The notes beneath the pieces are model-generated. The model was given only the letters and a program-made list of their open reading frames with translations. It searched no databases and was not told the DNA's origin. From Ignavibacteriota bacterium (lineage in GTDB: Bacteria > Bacteroidota > Ignavibacteria > UBA10030): 64,000 nucleotides of DNA. A program made the translations under genes and the position numbers. Numbering within the stretch: the first letter of the stretch is position 1; each line of letters starts with the position of its first letter. The stretch is taken from assembly GCA_963701295.1 (NCBI GenBank), contig OY969585.1:3488001-3552000 (forward strand), given 5' to 3'. Shown piece after piece: positions 55,538 through 64,000 of this stretch.

Positions 55538-55622
55538 TACTTACGCTGTCTCTTGTTCTTTGAAATATTTTTTACTCTAACTCTTGACTTTTACCACAGT
55601 ACCTGGTTAGGCAGCAATTGTA

Positions 55623-58282
55623 CTAACGAAGTAAAATGAGTTTTTTTGTTTCTTTAAATAAACCTGCATCCAAACAATAGAAATATATACCACTCGAGAA
55701 ATTCGATGCATCCCATTGTATAAGATGTTTCCCCGCTGTTTCTTCCCCATTTACTAAAATTGATACTAATCGTCCAAGAGGATCATAGATTTTCAACATT
55801 ACATACGATTGGGACGCAAGTTCGTAGCTGATGGTTGTTTCAGGATTAAAGGGATTGGGAAAATTATTGTTGAGTTTAAACTGTTTAGGGATTTCTTTAT
55901 GTTCTTCAACATCGGTCGTTTTTTGAAATGAAATCCAGTTGATGTTGAAACCTCCAGTGATAACCTCCAAACGGAGTACCTTATTCACACCCGATTTTAT
56001 TGTGATATTCGACAGGGAAACGGTCTTCCATTGCTGCCATCCGGAAGTATTAGGTATACTTATCGTGCCAAGATCGGTGCCGTCAAAAATAATTTTTAAT
56101 TTGCCACTTGCACTAACTGAAGCAATGCGCACGTCGAGCATTGATATATCAGCATTGACGTCAACCGTATAGGTCAACCATTCGCCATCACTAATCCAAC
56201 CGACATCATAGCCACCCCCTGTATCGCTGCATGTCTCTATATCCACGTCATCAGTTCTGTACTGACCGCCATTATTTCCGGCATCTGTATCAAAATAAGA
56301 AACACCGTTACTTCCGAGATCATAATTTTCAGCTTCTATTTTCCCGGGAATTTGAGCAGGCGTACCTGAATACGGACCGGTTTAATCAATGTTAATACTG
56401 AAGTTGTAATTGAAGGATAAGAGTAACCATCATTGTTCTTACCGGTAATACGATACATATACAAGGTGCTGCCTGATAAACTGGAATCGGTAAATACAGT
56501 ATCGTTGGCAATGGTACTTCCGATCGAATCAAATTTAGTATTGCCGTATCGTTCTATCAGGTAGCCGGTTTCATTAGAAATATTATTCCAGACAATCTTT
56601 GCCTGATTAAACGAAGGCGATGTCGCAGAAACGATAACCGGGGTTTCCATATTGTTTTGCATCTCTTTTGGGCCTATAGCCCAGGTGTAAGGCAGGAATG
56701 GATCTTCTTCATAATCGAACCAGTCGAAATCTGCAGGGTTAACATTTTTAAATCCATTCCCTGATGCGTACATTCCGATGAAAACACCGGTAAAGCCCCC
56801 GATGACTTCTGTGGACAGGTCTTTTGTTAATGCAGAACCTATCAGCTCGGCTGATTTTCCTTCCTGCTGTATCCAAAACTGGTACTGAAGGTCTGTTGCA
56901 CTGATCCGTAAGATGATATCGCCGTCAGGAATTTCTTTATAATTGAGTCCAACAACTTTATCCTGCAAATATTTCCGAAGCATTATCACTCGTTTCCCTG
57001 CAAACATAGTAATGAGAAGATCATAATGATTTTTATCGTCTCCACGAACCACCAAACCAACTTCTTCATTTTCAGCAGTTGGAATAAAACTAATGTTCGT
57101 TGATGCAACAAGATTAAATGCCGTTTGTCTGCGACCTATAAAAGCAGGCGAATCTTGTTCTTTAAAACTAATTTTTGAACCATTTAGCCTGAGAAATCCA
57201 GGTTTTGCACTAAGCGACCAATCTGCAGCATAAGGATTACGGATAAAATTCCAAGGCAGGCGCAATGCCACACTGTCGAAATTATCTCGGATGGAATCTT
57301 TTTCCCAGACATACTGAGGAAGATTTGGAGCGTTGTACACGGAATCTACGATTCCATTCGTTCCACCTTTAGGCCACCCATCGGAATTCCAGGCAATAGG
57401 TGCCAGAAATGTTTCACGACCTAAATGATGATAGTTGCCACCTTTGGGTCTGATACCGAGGCAAACCAACCACCAGCTACTATCTTGGAGTTGAACTAAA
57501 TCAGCGTGTCCAATAGCCTGAAAAGGATTATTGGGAACATCCTTATGCGAAATAACCGGGTTTATAGGACTTACAGTATAAGGTCCCCAAGGTGATTGAC
57601 TCCTCTGAATTACTTCCATGTGCTGATAACCCGTTCCTCCTTCAGCAGACATCAAATAATAGTATCCATTAATTTTATACAAATGTGAACCTTCGGGAGA
57701 TGCTCCACCAGTCCCTGAAGCTATCTTTGTCAATGGCTTAATGAAGTTGCCCGTTTTAGGATTCATTGTACCTAGCAAAAAACTACCATTATTGTCAGGA
57801 CTAACATAGTACATGCTATCGTTTTCGAACAATAGCGAAGGATCTACGTACCAGTAGTTTATCCAATGAGGATCGGACCAAGGACCAGCGGGATTTGTGG
57901 CAGTTACATAAAACTCCCCTTGAGAACCTTGCCCGCCATAGTTTGTGCAAATTACATAAAAAGTGCTGTCTTTATAGCGCAAAGTCGGGGCATATTGACC
58001 ACCCGAACCTGATGCACAACCCATCAAAGGATTGTTGCTTGCACGGGATAAAACATATCCAATCATTTTCCAATGCACCAAATCTTTACTGTGATATATT
58101 GGCAACCCGGGAAAATACTCAAAAGTAGATGTTATCAAATAATAGTCATCACCAACACGGCATATACTTGGATCAGGATTCATACCAGTAATTATTGGGT
58201 TTCGAAAGGTCGTTTGCGCAAGGACCTTAAATGTAAGGGCAATCAATCCTAAAAAAATTATTGTCGTTAATCTGTTCCACAT
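55623..58282 (-). CDS. GH43 xylosidase/arabinofuranosidase + FN3 + CBM6 + T9SS CTD; 1-bp frameshift near 56380
   Basis: NPDPSICRVGDDYY, PEGSH, LGRETFL, GGFTG; frame shift restores GPYSGTPAQIPGKIEAENYD...GWISDGEWL...NFPNPFNPETTI. Confidence 0.88.
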
Positions 58283-58325
58283 AATGTTTGTTCCTTCTCT
58301 TATTCATTTACGTTATACAATTGCC

Positions 58326-58445
58326 GCTTCATGGATGGCGGTTAAGCTGCGACAACGTGAACTTCCAAATTGCACTACCCGAACCAAGTTCATTCGCTTC
58401 ATTTTCAAATCTGTACTAAACCTCTATACGCCAAGCTAAATGCAC
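58326..58445 (-). repeat. Partial attC (degenerate R'/L' arm and body)
   Basis: gcttcatggatggcggttaagctgcg...gaaccaagttcattc...aacctctatacgcca. Confidence 0.7.
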
Positions 58446-58567
58446 CAACGATTTTACGGTCAATCCCGAAATCACTATTGTTAATATCGATAGTAAGTAT
58501 TTTTTCATATTCCAATTTTTTTTAGATGTTTATTATAAATTTTAAACGCGTGAATTCATTATGATTA

Positions 58568-60208
58568 CTATTCTTTTAGTATTTTAAATACCATCGCAAT
58601 ATTGTTTGGAATAATATTCGGTTTTTTTATTACAAGTGAATCAGAATATTGTTTCCACTGAAGCTTTTCTTTGCTGCCAAGTATTCCGATGTTTTTAATT
58701 TTGGCATTGTCTTTCGTTTTGCCAAGCGATTTCAAGCATACATCATCTGTTGGTACGCCCAATACAGTTGCATAAAGCATATTTCCTTTCTGGTTGAATC
58801 GAATATCTTTTGAAGAGAATTTGCTCTTCCCTTCGTTAAACCCTGGTGAATTAACCGTCCTTACTGTTTCGGTAGAGGGACCTTCGCCATAGATTAGCCA
58901 AGGACGTGTATCGTAAATACTTTCTTTATTAATGTCCATCCAAGCAGCAATTCCATCAAGTACTGCAATTTCTTTTTCGTCTATAGTCCCGTCACCACGA
59001 ACCGGTATGTTTAGTAGCAAGTTGCCATTTTTGCTGACAATATCGACAAGCATGTGAATCACAGTTATCGCTGATTTGTATTCGTTTTTCTCATAAATCG
59101 ATCTCTTATAATGCCAGTCGCCAATGCATGTACATGTTTGCCAAGCTTCAGCTTGAATGCTCTCAGGCGCTCCCCGCTCTACATCCCATACTATACATTT
59201 TTTTTGCTCATCGGTAAGAACTTTCCCAAACAAAACAGCTTCGAGCTTACCATTGTGGGTTGCCATATTATGATTGTAAAAGTGGGCAGCAATTTTTAAT
59301 CCGGCATCACTTATTGGATAAAGCGGAAGGGCAGTATCATCGAAATAAAGCAGATCGGGGTTAAACCGGTTAATCAGGTCAACAGTGCGGTTGTAAAACT
59401 TATCACAGTAGTTTTGCGAAGGTATGGAAGCGCCATTGCCCCATGTCCATTGCCCGAATATGGAGTTGATATCATAACTACCTTCGCTTAGCAAATGGTT
59501 TTGAGCGTAGAGCTCCTGCGGGTCAAGTCCTTCCCACCATGTTCCTTTACCATCGGTCTTTGTGAGTTTCCCATCGTATGGAACACCCACAAGCTCTCCA
59601 TTTTTATCAGAATGTTGAGAGGTTTCCAACCACGTCCATGAACGTGATGCATGTACACTCAATCCGAATGGAAGGCCATATTTTTTAGCAGCTTTAGCCC
59701 AACCGTCAATAATATCCTTTTTGGGCCCAACGTGTACAGTGTTCCATTCCTGGTACTTACTATTCCACAAGTCAAGATTATCGTGATGGTTTGCCAGGGC
59801 AAAGAAGTATTGGGCACCTGCCCGTTTATAAAGTGCCACAAGTTTTTCCGGATCCCAATTTTGAGCTTTCCAGTCATTAATAACTTCCTTAAAACCTGCT
59901 TTGGATGGATGTCCATAATGTGCAACATGCCATTTATATTGGTCGCTGCCTTCGTTGTACATGTACCGCGCATACCAGTCACCTTGCTCAGGCTGACACT
60001 GTGGGCCCCAATGAGCCCAAATGCCAAACTTGGCGTTACGAAACCATTCGGGCGCTTTATATTGCAGGAGCGACTGCCATGTAGCTTCGAACTTTCCCGG
60101 GGCAGCAGGTTCGTTACCTGGACGAACAGGACAAGGATAACTGGTTTGTGCAAAAGATATTTGCTGAAAATAAAGTGTAACAATTAATAAAAAAGTTGTT
60201 TTCATCAT
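58568..60208 (-). CDS. Alpha-L-fucosidase (GH29)
   Basis: KFGIWAHWG, NHHD, LLYFD, DIVSKNGNLLLN. Confidence 0.92.
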   Translation of the reverse strand: MMKTTFLLIVTLYFQQISFAQTSYPCPVRPGNEPAAPGKFEATWQSLLQYKAPEWFRNAKFGIWAHWGPQCQPEQGDWYARYMYNEGSDQYKWHVAHYGHPSKAGFKEVINDWKAQNWDPEKLVALYKRAGAQYFFALANHHDNLDLWNSKYQEWNTVHVGPKKDIIDGWAKAAKKYGLPFGLSVHASRSWTWLETSQHSDKNGELVGVPYDGKLTKTDGKGTWWEGLDPQELYAQNHLLSEGSYDINSIFGQWTWGNGASIPSQNYCDKFYNRTVDLINRFNPDLLYFDDTALPLYPISDAGLKIAAHFYNHNMATHNGKLEAVLFGKVLTDEQKKCIVWDVERGAPESIQAEAWQTCTCIGDWHYKRSIYEKNEYKSAITVIHMLVDIVSKNGNLLLNIPVRGDGTIDEKEIAVLDGIAAWMDINKESIYDTRPWLIYGEGPSTETVRTVNSPGFNEGKSKFSSKDIRFNQKGNMLYATVLGVPTDDVCLKSLGKTKDNAKIKNIGILGSKEKLQWKQYSDSLVIKKPNIIPNNIAMVFKILKE

Positions 60209-60246
60209 ATATTAATTTTTTACAATTGATATTAATGCCCTTTACA

Positions 60247-62292
60247 TCATTTGATTTCAATAAATTCCGGCTCAAAAGGTAAAATTGTAAAATTACCGGT
60301 ATAATCTTTATCAAAGAGGATACTCCGCGAGTTTCCTTTCATATGAATCTCTTTTGATTCACCACTTACATTCATATATAGGAAATGGTTCTTATCTATT
60401 TGTCTTGCCATTACATCCGAAGGAACATCTGGACCCTTATTTATTGACAGCTCGCTTATCAGCTCATCAAGCAAAGGATTAAGTATGTCAACTTTTGCAG
60501 GAAGGCCAACATAAATTGCTCTGCCTTTACCATATTTATTAGAAGTTATAATTGGGTAGTCTTTATCTAAGCTGGTTATGCTGCCGAGAATTTCTGCACC
60601 TTTAGGTTCGATAACATCAAACCGTGACGATTCTGTAGTAATAGCTTTCCCTTTATAGGTAAATTCAATCATTTTACCCTTAAATGATTTTCTGGATATT
60701 TCATTTAACGCTTCAGGTTCTTCGAAACTTCCAACACGTATTCCGAATATATCATTTAAACGGCCAGGGTGGGTAGAAGCAAACACCTGTCCGGTTTCAT
60801 CAACAACAGCCGAATTACTTGTCATAATAACAGTTCCGCCATTTTTCACAAAATTGCAGATTTTAGCAGCAGTTACTTCGTCCATTACCGCTACGCCAGG
60901 TATAATCAGCAATTTGTAGTTTAACGGGCTTTTGGTAATCTCAACAATACGGACATCCATGTTACGATGATAAAACAAATCAAAACAACTCTGCAGCTGG
61001 TTTTGATGTTGTTCCGGAAAATAGCTGCTTGCTATCTGACTGGGAAAGGAAAAAGCTAATCCTACTTCAGCCTGAACTTTATAAGGGAAATACTTCTCAA
61101 TCTTTTTGAATTCTGCAGCGATTTTTTTGTATTCTTCGTATTTGCGGTTTGGAATTCCGTCCCAATCTATCATACCTTCCAGGTATTGTTCTTCTCCGCC
61201 GTGCATACTTTGCCAGGTCCATCCGCAAACCATCTCGTTACCATACATAAGCGTAGCATAGGCTGACTTTCTGATAGAATTGGGAACAGCAGTCATAGTT
61301 GTAAATTCAGTATTCCAGTAAGGATTTGTGCTTTCAAATTGAACACGCGAAATCCCAAACAAAGCGTCCATAACACCCCAATTGGTAGTTAAAGATAGTC
61401 CCGGATAAAAACCAGTACCTTCGCGGGTCATTTTACCTGAATAGGCAATTGGGGAATAATCAAAATATTTCATTTGGCTATAATACCATGCATTGGTGTT
61501 TACTAAGGCATTCGGAGCATTTGTGTTCACTACATCAATGACCTTAAATAGGAACTCAACGATTTCATCTGAAACAAAACGTCTGAAATCGAGCATTCTT
61601 TCAGGCACATCGGTAGTGTGGGTTGCTACAGGAAAGCCAATTTCTTCAAACTGGTTTATCCTTCTCGACCAGCGTTGGGTTGCCCATGCTTTATTCAAAT
61701 TATCAAGGTTGGTATATTTATTCTTTATCCAGGCAATGAATCTTTGTCGGGCTGTTTCAGAATAGGAAATCCGGCCATCCCCAGATTCGTTGTCAACTCC
61801 GAAAGCCAACAATGCCGGATGATTTCCATACCGTCTAGTAAGTGAATCAGCATACCTCGCTGCATATTTCTGGTACATCGGGTCGCCAATATCTTCCATA
61901 TATCGATGATTTGGGTATTGCACATCGCCATTTGCATCTGTAATATCAATTGAAGGATATTTGTGGTGCAGCCAGATTGGGGCAGGCCGAATAGCAATAT
62001 CTAAAATTACTTTAATTCCAGCTTCGTTCATCAAATCCATAACCTTATCAAACCAATCAAAATCGAATTTTCCATCAGATGGTTCGTAACTGTCCCATGC
62101 TAAATGACCCATTCGTACAACTTTGAATCCAGCATCTTTCATTAGCTTGATATCACTTTTTATTTTTTTAGGATTTTTATCGTCATGAGGATGATAGTTA
62201 GCTCCAACATATAACTCCCGAGCTTTTAAAACAAGTCCCTGAGAGAATAATATGGCGGTCAGGATTAGTGTTATGTAAAATTTTGTTTTCAT
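60247..62292 (-). CDS. Beta-galactosidase (GH42)
   Basis: GANYHP, AWDSYEP, DNE, GGEEQY, trimerisation domain. Confidence 0.88.
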   Translation of the reverse strand: MKTKFYITLILTAILFSQGLVLKARELYVGANYHPHDDKNPKKIKSDIKLMKDAGFKVVRMGHLAWDSYEPSDGKFDFDWFDKVMDLMNEAGIKVILDIAIRPAPIWLHHKYPSIDITDANGDVQYPNHRYMEDIGDPMYQKYAARYADSLTRRYGNHPALLAFGVDNESGDGRISYSETARQRFIAWIKNKYTNLDNLNKAWATQRWSRRINQFEEIGFPVATHTTDVPERMLDFRRFVSDEIVEFLFKVIDVVNTNAPNALVNTNAWYYSQMKYFDYSPIAYSGKMTREGTGFYPGLSLTTNWGVMDALFGISRVQFESTNPYWNTEFTTMTAVPNSIRKSAYATLMYGNEMVCGWTWQSMHGGEEQYLEGMIDWDGIPNRKYEEYKKIAAEFKKIEKYFPYKVQAEVGLAFSFPSQIASSYFPEQHQNQLQSCFDLFYHRNMDVRIVEITKSPLNYKLLIIPGVAVMDEVTAAKICNFVKNGGTVIMTSNSAVVDETGQVFASTHPGRLNDIFGIRVGSFEEPEALNEISRKSFKGKMIEFTYKGKAITTESSRFDVIEPKGAEILGSITSLDKDYPIITSNKYGKGRAIYVGLPAKVDILNPLLDELISELSINKGPDVPSDVMARQIDKNHFLYMNVSGESKEIHMKGNSRSILFDKDYTGNFTILPFEPEFIEIK

Positions 62293-62357
62293 GCTTGCCT
62301 TTAATGGTATTATATCAAAATTATTTTTTTAGCAATGTATAAAGTAAAATTGTTGCC

Positions 62358-62508
62358 GCCTAACGGACGAGCGCTAAGCTTCTGCACTAAATATTTTCAA
62401 TATATACAAAATAAGTTGATCGTACCAACTTTCAATGAAACACGAAACCTCTGCTTGTCATGAATTTTGCAGTGAGCTCATTCCCTCAGCTTGAGCTGCT
62501 GGATAGGA
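62358..62508 (-). repeat. attC site (151 bp, variant R'')
   Basis: gcctaacggacgagcgctaagct...ttccctcagcttgagctgctggatagga. Confidence 0.82.
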
Positions 62509-62630
62509 AGAGGCGTTTCCAGTCCTCATTAATTACAAAGAGTATCATTTACGATTCAAATATATCTACTGCTGTCCCATTATTTATGAGACCGCAATTT
62601 CAACTGTTGTGACCTCTACGTAATTCGTTA

Positions 62631-63503
62631 TTAAAATAATACACCTACATGGAGTATTAAATTAGCCATAGATGCAGTACCAGATATGTCGGAATTTACA
62701 TTAAAACTGCAAGAGGTTGATGCAATTAATTTTAGACTTACTATAAACTTCTTATTTATCTGTATTCCAGCAGAAGCTCCCCAAGCAAATCCAGTACCGC
62801 TTGTTACATCTGCGATATCAATTGTTTGACCCTCATACGAAGCACTCATCGATGGAAACCACCCTACCATCAAACCAAGCTGTACCGATACATATCCTAC
62901 TAGTGCTGGTGAAAATTGAGATTGAGCGCCTAAACCAACCATAGGAGTCAAAGAATACCACGACCCAGTATTAAGTGTTGCCGAACTCGGCATACCCTGA
63001 CTCTGTTGAGCTTGTGTAAAACTTTTATTATCAAAAGAATTAGATGAAAAAGTAAGAGAGGCGAGACCAAATAATATTTTATTTACTGGTAAATCGTATT
63101 CCGCGCTAAAAGAATAACCAATTTTAGCATAACCGTCAGTGTTTAGATCGCTCGTTCCACCAAAACTTCCTACTGGAAACGCAATTCCGCCTGAAAGAAC
63201 GAATCCACCTTTCCATTCCTCTGTTTCACTAGAAGAAGTCATCCCAATTTTTCCTGTTGATTGAGTTTCCACTGTGTCTTTCGTCATTTTTTCGATATCC
63301 AAAAAATTATAAATAAAAATATTTCCATCTGATGTCTGAATTTTAATTGATTCGTTTGGGATTTGTTCAATAATCTCTCCTTTTATAACAGACCCATTTT
63401 TTAAATATACAACATCCCTTGTTTGATCTTGAGAAAAAGCCAAATTAGCAAACAGGATAAGAAGAAGAAAAAGAATAGGCAATACAACAAAGAATTTTTT
63501 CAT
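62631..63503 (-). CDS. Outer-membrane beta-barrel protein with DVVYLKNG N-domain
   Basis: Signal peptide; amphipathic strands; C-terminal GVLF. Confidence 0.7.
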   Translation of the reverse strand: MKKFFVVLPILFLLLILFANLAFSQDQTRDVVYLKNGSVIKGEIIEQIPNESIKIQTSDGNIFIYNFLDIEKMTKDTVETQSTGKIGMTSSSETEEWKGGFVLSGGIAFPVGSFGGTSDLNTDGYAKIGYSFSAEYDLPVNKILFGLASLTFSSNSFDNKSFTQAQQSQGMPSSATLNTGSWYSLTPMVGLGAQSQFSPALVGYVSVQLGLMVGWFPSMSASYEGQTIDIADVTSGTGFAWGASAGIQINKKFIVSLKLIASTSCSFNVNSDISGTASMANLILHVGVLF

Positions 63504-63703
63504 GGCGGTTCCTTATTAAATAGGTTATTTAATTTTATTAGTGATTTATGAGAGTACTAATACAAGACTTATCCACAATTATGGCCAATGTCCATTAGGA
63601 ATTTTCCATCCCAGTATTGGCAACCCTGCAGAGATAAATATTTTTTTTGTACCTAAAATGTAAACAAATATCACCCACAAAAATGTGATATAATAAAAAT
63701 GCG

Positions 63704-63857
63704 CCCTAACGGATTGGTGCTAAGCTGCGGCGTTGATAACTATCATAATGCAACCAACGAAACAAGTTCATACTGGTTCTCTCAATCTTGCACTAACCTA
63801 TGCTCGCCATGAATTTTGCACCCAGCTCATTCCGTCAGCTTGAGCGCCTGGTTAGGC
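63704..63857 (-). repeat. attC site (154 bp)
   Basis: ccctaacggattggtgctaagctgcgg...ttccgtcagcttgagcgcctggttaggc. Confidence 0.9.
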
Positions 63858-63887
63858 CGCTCCTCGCGGCATAAGACTCGAATTGGA

Positions 63888-64000
63888 CCTACGCATTAGA
63901 TTGCTTCGCAAATACATACGAGAAAGGTATCGCTATCAGATCCCCTATAACATAGGTCGCGTAGATTATGGCAATCGGTATCGCATACGTCGGAAACCTC
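63888..64000 (-). CDS. Probable 3' end of the next cassette gene (hydrophobic)
   Basis: ...RFPTYAIPIAIIYATYVIGDLIAIPFSYVFAKQSNA* ends 30 bp before the attC. Confidence 0.35.

Larger units (their letters stand above)
54248..55604 (+). mobile_element. IS110-family insertion sequence in attC
   Basis: CT core at 54248 and 55603 (shared cctggt); no terminal inverted repeats; DEDD recombinase; about 260-bp non-coding left end. Confidence 0.9.
43468..63857 (-). mobile_element. Integron-type gene-cassette array (CALIN, or distal part of a chromosomal integron); integrase not in window
   Basis: All cargo ORFs are co-oriented and separated by a repeated family with R''/L''...L'/R' boxes; cassette termini are self-complementary. 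Confidence 0.88.

Noticed and set aside
43468-63857. Repeat family as a CRISPR array or simple terminators
   Set aside because: Spacing is gene-sized, repeats are 150-230 bp with R/L box architecture, no cas genes are present and there are no U-tracts.

Overview
Bacterial chromosomal window, most consistent with an Ignavibacteria/Bacteroidota-Chlorobi-type organism (LpxC-FabZ fusion, tandem Skp genes, T9SS C-terminal domains). Bases 1-42.7 kb are mostly core genes: HerA-like ATPase/PP2C/DinB/mutS, surE, panB, lipoate ligase, lpxA-lpxC/fabZ-lpxD-skp-skp-bamA-uppS, clpC, rluE, hemB-hemL, a type IV pilus assembly cluster ending in an Ig-repeat lipoprotein, an Aas-like ligase, an MFS transporter and plsC. 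From about 43 kb to the right edge lies a minus-strand integron-type gene-cassette array with no integrase in the window. It has about 12 intact or decayed copies of an unusually long (150-230 bp) attC family, separating cassettes that encode T9SS cargo, glycoside hydrolases, esterases and a serpin. The attC sites are themselves parasitised. One holds a full-length IS110 whose left end folds into a bridge-RNA-like structure with guides matching the attC. Another holds a 287-bp transposase-less IS110 derivative that is essentially a bridge RNA, its ends and a junction promoter, with different guides also matching the attC. Several carry 15-bp mini-palindrome insertions. Multiple single-base frameshifts, including one in lpxD, suggest assembly indel errors. 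All alignments and folds were read by eye, not computed.
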